Source: Podarcis vaucheri (taxonomy: Eukaryota). From it: DNA of 64,000 bases. Below, in pieces: positions 1-12,213 of this stretch. Each line of letters begins with the position of its first letter. Within the stretch, counting starts at the first letter, position 1. Position numbers and translations under genes: made by a program. The stretch lies in NCBI GenBank assembly GCA_965113315.1, contig OZ220368.1; one strand, 5' to 3'. The notes beneath the pieces were generated by a model that had not been told where the DNA came from, searched no databases, and saw only the letters and a program-made list of their open reading frames with translations.

Positions 1-119
1 GCGTTTTACACTGCAAATATAGACTTGGGACCGGTGAATTCATGTCCTGATAACACAGGAGAAAACCCCGCCCCCCACAATAGATAATGAGCTGTTTCAA
101 TGCCAAAAGCAGTACTTAC

Positions 120-209
120 AATTGTGGGTTGAGTAGTTGGTATATAGGTGGTGGTCTGCGGGACCTGGACCAGTTTTATAGGCTGGCTGCTTGTCACACC
201 TGTTGCTAT
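120..209 (-). CDS. ZMYND8: ZMYND8 penultimate cassette-type exon (SNRCDKQPAYKTGPGPADHHLYTNYSTHN)
   Basis: tgtctctgcag|AT AGC AAC AGG TGT GAC AAG CAG CCA GCC TAT...AAT T|gtaagt; 90 nt; resembles the recalled mammalian SKRCDKQPAY exon. Confidence 0.85.
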
Positions 210-1088
210 CTGCAGAGACAGCACAGGCAACCTCAGCAAAAGGTTCAGCTTTTACATAAATGCCACCTATTTATTATTATCATAGAAATTTGTCAGATGT
301 TTGGCTTGCGTTAAAATTTGCATCTCAATGAATTCACAGGTTACTTTTTTTGTTAATGAAACCAAAATTCAAAATATGAATGTGAGCAATGTATACAGCT
401 TGATGTTTCAAAAACATGTAACAATTATGTGAAAGCAATTTGAGATTTTCAAGCAAAATGTTCCATGGTAGAAATTGTAGGCACCCAACATTTTCTTTGC
501 AAATAATGCCAGATCATAGCAAAACACAGCACTGCTACAAGCAGAAGAGACTGCTCTTTTAAAAATACCTAAACATGCGTGTACCTAATTAGTCAGTCAA
601 GGTTTTTTGGTAAGGATCATCACCAATTTCCAATGTGTTTCAAGCATCCCCCTCAATGAAAAAACACATGAAATCTAGAGAACAACTTATAAAGTTTTAT
701 GAACTAGGTTCACAGAAAGTGTGAGCTCATGAGTATACCTTGAGTCCTGTTCTCCAATATAGTTCAAATGAGACATGATGCAATTAAAGTACTGGTGAAG
801 TAAATACTATATTGTTATTTTACTAAACACACAGGGTTTGGGGACGAAGGAATAAATATGCAATTCCAGCTCTTCATAAAGATATTGTCAGTGCGACAAT
901 GGTTATTCATATCTCTGATTAGAAATCATATCCTAATCCATCTGAAGAATGTTAATTGACATATACAAGGATATACAAGGCGTATGTAGCCAATGACAGC
1001 TTATGTATTCCAATGCCTGCCATTTATGTGGAGAAGTTAGGGTACAGAATTAGTTGAGGATATGGTAATTTGAGCAACAGTTTCAAAC

Positions 1089-1125
1089 CTGAGTTTTGGG
1101 CGCTTGGTAGAAGTGCCGGGGCATG
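1089..1125 (-). CDS. ZMYND8: Candidate small frame-shifting exon (HAPALLPSAQNS), possible orthologue of the mammalian ...LLGSNQGS exon
   Basis: cag|CAT...TCA G|gtttga; 37 nt (3n+1) restores the SNRCDKQPAY frame of the next exon; LL-S-Q-S pattern. Acceptor is weak and competing AGs lie upstream. Confidence 0.35.
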
Positions 1126-1389
1126 CTGTATGAGTGTATCTACAGGGCAAATACAATCTGCGATTCAAAGGGGCTAGAATAGAGAAAGGTTGATGGGCAT
1201 TCATGCACCCAGAGCAATAGCTTTGACTCAATGAGACTCAATAAGAGTGGCAGAATATTGCATGAAATTTCATTAGGGCATGGCATGGTGAAGGACAAAA
1301 CTGGTGCTGTTGTTTCTCCTAGAATTTCACTGAGAGACGGGCACCATTAACTACTCCTACCTGCAGAGTCACTTCCAGCACTGGCTGGA

Positions 1390-2270
1390 CCCATGGATTT
1401 ATGTTATGGAGTCCCACAGGGCTCCATCTTATCCCTCATGCTGTTCAGAGGCTGTGCAGGCACTGGGACAGTGTTTGGATACAGTGATGGGTTGGACTAG
1501 GGCTGATAAATGGAAATTGAATCTAGTTAAGATGGAGGTCCTTTGGGTGGGTGGTCTCTGGTCCAGGAATTAAGGGGTTGGCTTGTTCTGGATGGGGTGG
1601 CATCCCCGCCCCCCTTGATGGAGCAGCTTCGAAGTCTGGGGTACTCCTACAGGCCAAAGTGTCACTGAATATACAGATGGCTTTGGTGGGGCCTATATCC
1701 AGCTCTGGCTGGTTCATCAGCGGTGGCTGTTCTAGGACTGAGATAGTTTGGCCTCAGTAATCCATGCTCTGATAACCATACACATTAATGCAATGTGCTT
1801 TACATGAGGTTGTCCTTAATAACAGTCTGGAGGCTGCAACTAGTACTCAAGAGTAGCCAGAAGAGTGCATATCACTTCAAGTTCTGAGAGTGTTCATGGG
1901 TTGCCAGTGAACTTCAGGGTCCAATTCAAAGTGCTGGTACTAGTATACAAAGCCCTAAAGTACTTGAAGGAGTGTCTTCTGCCATATGTCTAAGCACACA
2001 GTTTACAATGGGGGGGGGGCTTCTTGCAGTACCAACACTGTGGATACCAAGGAGGGTGAAAAAGTATGAGAGGGGTTTCCTCTGCGGTAGTACAGCCAGA
2101 ATGTAAAACACATTTTTATTTGCCCAGGCCTTTGGAAGGAGATAGGATTATTTGGGCACTGTCATTTTAATTACTGATTTTGGAATTGGTCTTATGAAAT
2201 TTCACGTTGTCAGCTACCCTGGGCCCTCTTAAAGGAAGGAAGACTGGACACAAATAAATGAAATGAAATA
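1390..2270 (+). mobile_element. Degenerate L2-clade LINE (RT remnants and 3' tail)
   Basis: Translates YGVPQGSILSLMLF and CLDTVMGW..DKWKLNLVKMEVLWV; L2-type 3' end with (AAATG)-like tail. Confidence 0.8.
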
Positions 2271-2533
2271 TGAGAGAGCCTAGATACATTTTGGTCCCTT
2301 CCCTTAAGAAATAACTTTGTAAGATTAAAGACAAATCTCTGAAATGTGTTTCAATTCATATGAATCCTCAAGAACCTTAACAGGAAACCAGAATTCAGTG
2401 TTTTAAACAGTCTCACAAATTTGACATGAAGGGGGTTGTGGTTAAGTAAAGAAGTATGTTGTAAGCCACCTTGAGAGTGGTTTTAACTTTGGAAAGGCAG
2501 CATACAAGTAAAAGGACTGACTGAAATACTTAC

Positions 2534-2691
2534 TGTAACACTCTCCTTGCTCTTTTCAACAGCTGCCTCTTTTTCTTTTGGAGTACTGGCAGTTTCTGTA
2601 GGTGCCGGCTGTGCACTGGAGGTAGGCTGGGATGATTTATTTAATGTTTCTGTGCTAATTTCAGTATCCGTTTCTTGCTGTGTTGCAGTTG
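2534..2691 (-). CDS. ZMYND8: ZMYND8 exon 20 (TATQQETDTEISTETLNKSS...EKSKESVT)
   Basis: tag|CA ACT...ACA|gtaagt; 158 nt, ends in phase 0. Confidence 0.9.
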
Positions 2692-2759
2692 CTAAAGTGA
2701 AAACAAAAGGATTTCTAAATTATGTAACTGGATGATGTTCACTCACAAATAAGTTAAAA

Positions 2760-3162
<403 letters not shown>

Positions 3163-3667
3163 TCAACAGACAGACAGCATATAGTCAACAGTGGGTCCAA
3201 ATGGTAATTTAGAAATTTAAGTTTTAGCTCCAGATGCATTAGTGACTTTTAGATGAAAAAAACCCAGCTTCATTCTGTAACTGCAAGTGCAGCATTAGGC
3301 AACATATCTACCAAACTAGTGATTATTGGTTCTCATGAATGAACTATAAATGAACAATTACTATCCAAATTGCAGTTTAACTTGCTTTCTGGATTTCAAA
3401 AAGAGTAAGCATATTTCCATTCTCAAAACAGTACATATTTAAATTGTGGTTCAGGAAATACTATATTGAGCTGGTTCAGATGTCTGAACTGGCCCACTCT
3501 AACTGACTGTACATGTGAGGAACAGTCTAAGATGGCATGTTCCATCACATTTTCTACTCTTTCTAGGGAGGACAATTTGTACTATCACAGAGTTGCAGCT
3601 GAGATACTGCCATGGCCTTTTAAAAAATAAGTGGCAACATCATTATTTTGAACTGCATTTTTTATAC

Positions 3668-3746
3668 CCAGATTGTGTTTCATTTCTGAAAGTTCCTGCT
3701 GATGTAACCACTGAAGCTTTTCTATTTCAATTCTCAAACGACGAAT
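3668..3746 (-). CDS. ZMYND8: ZMYND8 exon 18, coiled coil ([26 protein letters not shown])
   Basis: cag|ATT...CTG G|gtata; 79 nt. Confidence 0.95.
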
Positions 3747-4128
3747 CTGGAATATCAAAGAAATAATTAGGTCACTTGATTTAAAAAAAGGCTTTTCAAC
3801 CCTATGAGTTTTGGATTTAATTTGCATAAGTTTGCATATGAACAAAATGATTCTGAAGGGAAAAAAGCACCCTCTCTTGGTTTTTAGAAGATACATTTCT
3901 GTTTCCCAATAATCACCATATCAGAAAAGGCATTCCAACCTGTGTGTAAAAAGGAATGCTTCCTATGGAATTGTATCTATTTACTATTAAAAATAACTAA
4001 CATTTTTTATAACCCATGGCTCAACTAATAACGGGTATATTTAAACTGACTAAGTGACTTTAGAGTTCCATGATTCATACTTTAGGTTTCCCTTCTTCTA
4101 AATAAAATTTCAAATAAAATAAAGTAAA

Positions 4129-4180
4129 ACACACACACACACACACACACGCACGCACACACACACACACACACACACAC
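4129..4180. repeat. (AC)n microsatellite
   Basis: Direct reading; two GC interruptions. Confidence 0.98.
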
Positions 4181-5259
4181 CCAATACATAAATAGAAGTG
4201 CTTAGTTTGCTGGTTTTAACCAATTATTGCATGATTCCAAAAGAGCACTAGGAATTTATGCCAACAGTGATGAGAAACAAGGCAAATTTAGTCCTTCTGG
4301 TATTTCAAACAGTAAACAGAGAGAAAACTAGGAAACTGATAAAAAAAAAACTTTCACACTCATAATAAGAGATTTTAGCAAAATTCATCAGCAAAATGGA
4401 TAGCAAATGGAGCAATTTTTCTCTAATAATACTGCTAGGGAATCTGTACACAAAAAAATGAGAGTCCTTAAGAGGAACCTACATATATTAAATATGTATC
4501 CTGCAGAATTTACAAGAATGGTTCTACATGAAGAACTCAATATTTTTTAATGTTTCATACAGGTATATGGACCAGGATTAATAGTTAGCACCGTAGTGAA
4601 TGACAAAAGTAAAGTGCCCCAACTGATTTAATTTTCATTTTGCTGCTATTAAAAGTTTTGCTTGTTTTATGTTGTAAGCTGCTCTGAAAAAGTTGTGTTA
4701 TAACACAGGCTATAAAGGTAGTTCGTAAATAAATAAACATTCAGAAAAATTGACTTTAAAGAAAAATAACTGTCTTTTTTAAAAAAAAGAGGGAGAGAGA
4801 AGGCTGTTTTTTAATGCAATGTCACGATCAGCATGCTTCTGTAAATCATTAGTTGCCTACAGAACTCTGAGTAACATGGGCATCGCACAGTCACTCTCTC
4901 CCCTCCCTTGCTACGTGGCATGAAAAAGAGAAGGGTTAGTTAATGTGCCTGAATCACAGGAAAGAAAAAAGATAAGATACTGAAAATAATTTTCCCTCAT
5001 CCTTTCCTTCCTGTTTTTCATGCTCCATGAAAACAATATATTTACTAAACAAATTGAGGTGGTGACACTGGTTGTACTCTTATGTAATGCTAAACAATGG
5101 TTTAGCCCTATGTGTGCAAGCCAGAATAAGCTCCCTGTTAATTGAGTATTTCAAATTGTAAACTGGACCTAAGATATTTTGCTTGCGTAAACAAGTTAGA
5201 TTTCGAAGGCTTGAAGGAAAATCTTGGAATAGCTAGTCTGCCGTGCATTTAAGGAAGTA

Positions 5260-5477
5260 CAGTTGGACCTCGAGTTAAGAACTTAATTCGTTCTGGAGGT
5301 CCATTCTTAACCTGAAACAGTTCTTAACCTGAGGTACCACTTTAGCTAATGGGGCCTCCCGCTGCTGCCGTCATGCGATTTCTGTTTTCATGCTGAAGCA
5401 AAATTCTTAACCTGAGGTACTATTTCTGGGTTAGCAGACTCTGTAACCTGAAGCGTCTGTATCCTGAGGTACCACTG
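5260..5477. mobile_element. Tc1/mariner (Tigger-like) MITE
   Basis: TA|cagttggacctc...gaggtaccactg|TA; internal repeats of ttcttaacctga. Confidence 0.85.
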
Positions 5478-5756
5478 TAGAGCTATTATATTGTCATTGT
5501 CTGGCACAGTAGTAGCAGCTTTTAGCAAGAGCAACCTAGTTAAAATTTCAGGCTATAAACTTTAATGAGCTCCTCTCTCACACAGTATGCAACCAGTAGT
5601 TTTCACAATAGTTGGTATTAGATCAGACAAGAGGCTAGAACTCAAATACATATCTGCAGAATATTTAAAAGGCAGATTTCTACTTATTTTAAAAGTGTTT
5701 CACATTTTATTTTTTAAAGAAAAAAATGTGACTTGCTGATGGCAAAAGACACTGAC

Positions 5757-5837
5757 CTCAGCAATTGTGCTTCCAGTAGTATTTTTTGAAAGGTCATTGT
5801 ATATTTCTGTCATTGTTCCTTTTATGGCATCCATCAT
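5757..5837 (-). CDS. ZMYND8: ZMYND8 exon 17 (MMDAIKGTMTEIYNDLSKNTTGSTIAE)
   Basis: cag|ATG ATG...GAG|gtcag; 81 nt; too short for the ORF track. Confidence 0.95.
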
Positions 5838-6087
5838 CTGTTTAAAAAGAAAGTTTATTAAGGAATTAAAAGTGATCTTGCTTTTTAAATTTCTTTATCC
5901 TGGGAACATTCCATAATTTCTTATGTAGGATATTATAAAAACTACTGACACATTTTTCTTTGAATGGATTTTGTAAATCATATCAATAATATAAAAGAAA
6001 CCCAGCAACCACTGTATCTTAGGTCATAGTGATACCTCTTGACCTCTGAGATTCATCCACTCCACACACAATGGATAGAAGTGAACA

Positions 6088-6300
6088 ACTGAGCTTTAGG
6101 AAGAACTTTCTGCAATAAATGCTGCTCAATAGTGGAACGAACTACCTTGAAGGGTTGCGGACTCTCCCTCACTGGAGGTTTTTACACAGAGGTTAGATGG
6201 CCATCTGTCAGGGATTCTTTAGCAATGATTCCTGCATTGCAAGTGGTTGGGCTAGATGGCCCTTTGGGTTGCTTCACACTATATTTCTATGATTCTATGA
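6088..6300 (+). mobile_element. CR1 LINE 3' fragment
   Basis: ggaagaacttt...ctggaggttttta..cagaggttagatggccatctg; ends in ttctatgattctatga. Confidence 0.85.
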
Positions 6301-9065
6301 ACTTGGGTGGGATTCTGTGTGTGAATAAAAATATCACCTCTCCATTTAGTTCTTTTGATATCAGTTTCTAATCTTATTATGAGTAAAATCTCAGAAATCA
6401 AATAGCAAGTGATTATACAGAGCCATTATAAATGATTGCATGCAACATGATTGCATACCTGCCGGGGGGGCGTGTATCTGTGTGTGCCTCAGACAACAAT
6501 GTGGGGTGCCACGTGCTATGGTTAAATCACTTTACAGTATGTTTAGTTTGGTAGCCAGACAACTGGACTCTCAGACATGTGGCGAGTTCATAGTTCACTA
6601 TTTACTTTTTCAACCTGAATGCCATAGGTTCTCTCTAGATGGTGTTAAATTACAATATTGCCATGTATCTGTAATGCCATAAGAGCATTCAAATCACCAA
6701 CCACCATGTCAAAACACAGAATTCCATGTTGGCATTATTATAGCAGTTAGATCTCAAAATGACAAGCAGAATCCAACTCTATTCGCTTGCATACATCAGA
6801 CACCAACGAAGCATTCTGGAGCCGTTTACTTTTAATTTTAGTCCTAATTTATGCATTGAGAGTCTGAAATGCAGTACTCTGGGAATCTGTTCACAGTCTA
6901 CCATGCAAGCTGCTGATGCAGGATCAGATGTCAACATTCATGAGGTAGTAAAATGGATCAAGATACCTACAGGACTGAGATGGGAGAAAGAAACTGCATG
7001 AACTTTCTAAACATCATTTGTGACTTTATACATGGCATCAACTCACTGAGCGGTTTAGATAAACAGAGCAGATACCTGTGTTTCTCTCCACTTCATGCAA
7101 ATGGCTACATTGGAAAATGATGGGAGGAATTCCTCATTTTTGCTTTTCACGTCTATTTTTTTTTTATAGTAAGGTTCAATTTCTTAATTAAATAAAGTTA
7201 CATCAATAGAAACTGGAATGGCTTCTTAAAATAAAGACACTGGAGGCGGCAAATGCACTTCGTAAACATTTAAAGCACCACCCCTGGATGGCTCATTTTT
7301 CATCATTCTAAAACCTCTCATTATGTTTAAATGAACACATTTTAGAAGAACCACTTCACGCAAGAAGCAGGAGTTGTTTTTACTTCATGATTTTGGTACC
7401 TGAACAAAAATGGAATTACTTACTTGTCATTAATTGTTCTTCCAGTTGTGCTGCCCCTGTGTAGTCTCACTAGTGGTGTTAAGGTACGCCAGCTGTAACA
7501 CACGGGGAAACTTTCACAGCAGTATTTTAAACTGGCCAGCTATGCACTTAAGCTTGATGTTCAATGAAGCACCTGTTTACAGCCTTGCCTGCTCAGTTCT
7601 CATTCTGGCCACTTCTCCTTTGTCTTCCTTGAAGGAGTTCAGGTAGTACACAAGGCTAGTTTACCCAGGCAAGAAAGTATGGCTGAAAGATGCTGACTTG
7701 CCCAAGGCCAACCAATGAACTTTATGACTTACAAGTGATTTGAAATCTACTATTTCTCTCTTGCATATACAGAATGTGTAGCAAGTTTTTCAGGGAGAAG
7801 GTATGCAAGACTAGGCTTTACAGCCCTGCCTAAAAATAAAAATGTCAACCCTTCATATACAGTCCTTTATCTACCACATGTGTACCAGCTTAAAGCCTTT
7901 GGAACTGTTGTGTCACAGCTTGCACACATTAATTACAGGACAGTCCATCCTCTATCCCCACTCCACCACCAAAGCCCCCATATCTGTTTGGAAGCCATGT
8001 TTGGCAACTGTAGCTGAAAGCGCTTATCCAAAGATGCTGGCTTTCCCAAGCAAGAACCAATTGGTCACTGTGGCATACCACTTGCCCAGATAGGCCAAGC
8101 AAAAGCATCAGCTTCCCTGGCTACCAGAAACTCATATAGCTCAGCTACTCTCATACAGCTGTATCCAATGGGCTCCTGTACCAAATAGCTTCTATAGAGA
8201 TAGCTTTACATATCTGTAAGACTACTCTGTCCCAAGAAGTGCAGGGTTTAAGACTATTACTGTGACATCATTGCTCTGTACACTGAAGTGGAAAATACTC
8301 AGCTCAGAATACCATTTTTTTCCTAACAGAATATCAAAAATTCTCTCTTGTAGCCTTTACGCAAGAACACCTACATGGTGCCATCTCAGAGTCTTCCTTC
8401 AAATTCCACAAAGGCCCCCTTTTCTATTAAGCCTCAGGCTTAATATTTAGATCCTCATCTCCAATTGGAGCAAAGTTTAAGGACATGAAACTTGTATTAA
8501 TTTTTCTCTACTTTTCTCCTACTGCTTAAATATAGATTTTAGGCTCCTTGAGGCAAGCACTTGCATTTGTTTTCTCATTATTATTTTAATGCACCATACA
8601 GATGGTTGTCTATGCTTAAAGAAACACGCACGAAGTAGAAAAAAAAGCTTTGTCAAACACTACAGATAAATCTGATAAGTACTAATAAAATTATGATGTG
8701 CATACATATATCCACACATGTTGGGTTAATAAAATTTATCCATAAATGTATGTTAACCATGCATACATTCGGGCTGTTTTTGTCTCTTCCCTCCATCCCT
8801 GACCCCAAAACCCAAGCTTCTGTTTTTGGAGAACTACGGCAGGAAAAGTTGCAGTGCTTCCAGCTACACACCAGCAGCCAGTTTAAAATATTGCTGTTAA
8901 GGTTCTTCCACGTGTTCAAAGGTTAAACTTATCCACATCACAGGATGAGGAAAAATGTTCAGGCAAGTGGATAACCTGCTTTGTTGCACATCAGCAACTG
9001 CATTAACTTCAAAGTAAAACTTGTAAGAATGTAGTGCTTTTTAAAAACAAAAACAAAAAACTTAC

Positions 9066-9256
9066 TTTACTAGTATACTTAGCAATATCTGCAGCCACAT
9101 CTGCTGAAGCTGTTGCTATTGGCAAGTCTGTATTAACTGAAGATGAAAGTGTACTTGCTGATCCAGAACTGGTTACTATGGAAACAGGTTGAGTGCTTGT
9201 AACCAAGGTAATGGTTGACGTTGAAGTACTCTGAGTAATTTCTTTTTGCTGTACAG
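9066..9256 (-). CDS. ZMYND8: ZMYND8 exon 16 (VQQKEITQSTSTS...ADIAKYTSK)
   Basis: tag|CT GTA CAG...AAA|gtaag; 191 nt. Confidence 0.95.
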
Positions 9257-10481
9257 CTAAGGACACAAAACAAACCCACAAGTGAATCACTGCAGATTTC
9301 AATGCTTTTGAAATGTCAAAAAACAGGCAAACCAATGCTAAATAAATGCTGTCCAATAGCTTTTCACAGCTCAATCTTGAACATTTGTGTTGGTGGATTG
9401 GTGTGTGATGCTCCCATAATACTTCTTGCAGTGGTGACATACCTTATTCTGTGACAATATGCTGGCATAACTGTGTAAACCAGGGCAGAAAACCCTAAGA
9501 CAAGGCAGTTAAGGATTCTTAGGGCAACTTTTAGTGAGTGTCTATGCTGGTTTCACCAGCCACTGGAAAATACTCCTTAAAATGTACCATAGTGGGATAA
9601 TACCTTGATTATGGCCAAGTAAAATGTCACAAAGTAGTGAACAAGCTGTTGAGTTATTAGGAACTGTTCCAGTATGATATTAAGCAAAATGGGACATGGA
9701 GGGAGAGAAGGGGGGGAGCTGCAAATTCGGTTGATGGCCCAAAATCTACAGATTACAACTGTCTAAAGATATTAGGAAGATTTAATTAGATTAGTATCTG
9801 TTGGGCGCAAATTAAATTTCAAAATTAATTAGATTAAGAACTGCTAGGACAATAATAATAATGGCTGTTTCCCCATTTTTGGAAAATAAGAAATCTAGAA
9901 GTTACTTGGATCTATCCTCTTAAAAGGTTGGCACTCTTCGTTTTCATAACCATGTTTCACAGAAAATAAAAAACCTTCTTTCTTCACATAACAAGGGATC
10001 AACATGTTCTTTAAGGACAGCTTTATAACCAATCAAAATTATATGGTGGAATCTAACATTGCACAATGGACTTTATTTTCCTCACCTCTTCATTGCAGCC
10101 ATGCCCTAGTCCCCTGTCACACAAACAATTTGCACGGGAGGGTTTTCTAACTCTCCAGAGCAGATTTTAAGGGTGTGGGGGGTTATAAAGGGAGGGACTC
10201 AAGCACAGACAGCATTAGATACAACCTATATTGTGCCTCTCCATATTGATACAAGATAAGCTATGCCTTATCCCTGAAGTAGTTCACTTTCTTCCACCAA
10301 TAAATATTGGTGATTGCAATCATTTCCCTTCATATGGTTATTTCCACTTAAGAGAGCTCATTTTTCAGTTATAGATACATTTCATTTTATAATACTTACG
10401 AAATAATTAAAACTACAGTGGAAAGATATTGCAGTTCACATTCCAACTAAAATGCTGCAGATAAACAAATTATTTTAAGTA

Positions 10482-10692
10482 CTGTTGTACCTTGGCTCCC
10501 AAACGCCTTGGGTCCCAAACGCAACAAACCCAGAAGTGAGTGTTCTGGTTTGCAAACGTTCTTTGGAAACCGAATGTCTGGTGCGGCTTCCACAGCTTCT
10601 GATTGGCTGCAGGAGCTTCCTGCAGCCAATCGGAAGCTACGGCCTGGTTTCCAAATGTTTTGGAAGTCGAATGGACTTCCAAGGTACCACTG
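10482..10692. mobile_element. Tc1/mariner MITE with internal palindrome
   Basis: TA|ctgttgtaccttgg...ccaaggtaccactg|TA; central gattggctgcagga/tcctgcagccaatc hairpin. Confidence 0.85.
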
Positions 10693-10840
10693 TACACTTA
10701 AGGACCACACTGGGAGAGCGATTTTGCATTTTCATATCTTTACAGGACCCATATTTATGGAAGAATAGTTTGAAGTACTTGAGCACAATGACCACAGCAA
10801 GAATACAGCAGTGAGAACAAAATGGGAAAGGTGATAATAC

Positions 10841-11206
10841 CTTTCACGGCTTGTCTTGTCTGATATCTTGTTCCTTGGGAGGACTGAGGTTGCTGCTGCT
10901 GACTCTGTTGCTGCTGCTGTTGCCTTTGCACCTTCTGCATATGCCATTTCTGAGAAGAAGTCTGAAATTTGTTTGAAGAATTCCATACTACCCGTTGGAC
11001 TGCTGGGGCAGTTTCCTTTGGTAGAAGCGGCCTCTGCTTCTTCACTGGGCTCCCGGTGGCTGCAGCTGGAGTGCTGGCAGCAGAAGTAGTGCTTATTGTA
11101 GCTGTGACACCAGCTGGAGGAGTCTGGGATGCGGATCGAGTAAGCACCTGAGTTTCAGTTGGAGGCTGACTACTTACTGTTGAAGAAGGTGGTGTTTTAG
11201 CTGCAG
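10841..11206 (-). CDS. ZMYND8: ZMYND8 exon 15, S/T/A-rich and poly-Q region (AAKTPPSS...QTRQAVK)
   Basis: tag|CT GCA GCT AAA...AAA G|gtatt; 366 nt; in-frame alternative acceptor 6 nt downstream. Confidence 0.92.
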
Positions 11207-11746
11207 CTAAGTGGGTAGAAAAGAAACATGATCTTTTTTACTGACAATTCAGGTAATACAAAACCCAGTTACTGTGAGCAACATAGTACAACAGATATCT
11301 GTGCACATAATTATTTTTCAGTGGGTGAAAGTTGCATTGTTCATTGCCAGCTGACTTTCAAAAGCAATTTACACATCACAGACCTACAAATGCCATCTTT
11401 TTGCCTGCAGAGAAAACGTGATGAAGTAAAAGAAAGTAAACTGAGTTCTGCGGGGTATATGTTTGTCACTCTAGGAGCCTCGAAACTTTCATTTTGACCC
11501 TTACATCATCTACTCTAGAACTATTTTTAGTCCCTCACATCATACAGATGATGCCTCTGAGCTGCTCTTTATCCTTGTTTTACAATGACATATATTAGGT
11601 TTTGAAACGTCTTCATTCAGATTATGAAACCATCCTTAATTATTGCACTCAGCAGAAGTTTCAGGAATTTGCTACTATAGGCAGCACACACACCAAGATT
11701 TCAAGACTCTCATGATCACATGTTCTCTGGTGATTTGATACTACTA

Positions 11747-11974
11747 CAGCAGTACCTCGTTTTGCGACCAGGATCCGTTCCGGAGCCCCGGTCGCGGGCT
11801 GAAAAGGACACTGGACAAAGCGCCGCATCTGTGCATGCGTGCGGAGTAGTTTGTGCTTCTGCACATGCACGAGCAGTGAACCCAGAAGTAACCCATTCCA
11901 ATACTTCCGGGTTTGCTGTGGACGTTTAACAGAACGGGTGCGCGACGAGGCGGACACTAGACGAGTTACCACTG
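11747..11974. mobile_element. Tc1/mariner MITE
   Basis: TA|cagcagtacctcg...cgagttaccactg|TA; CpG-rich. Confidence 0.85.
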
Positions 11975-12213
11975 TATAAACTAATTGTAATATATGCAGT
12001 CCAAACCAAAAATTACATAAAACTCAGAAACTATAGAACAAAACACAAAATTCGCTTACAAATAACACCAGCAAAGGTGACACAAATTCAACTCTCCCTT
12101 TCTCACATTAAATACCGAAAGGTTTGAAATAATCTCAAAAAAAAAAACTTCTTGAAGTGTTTCTAACCTTTCTATCTACCATCTTCCTTGTCTGAGCATT
12201 GGAGAATACAGAT

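Noticed and set aside
5260-5477. Short interspersed direct repeats (ttcttaacctga) as a CRISPR-like array
   Set aside because: Irregular subterminal repeats of a eukaryotic MITE; no spacer periodicity or cas genes.
10570-10650. Near-perfect hairpin as a miRNA gene
   Set aside because: Fully inside a TA-flanked MITE; no recognisable miRNA sequence.
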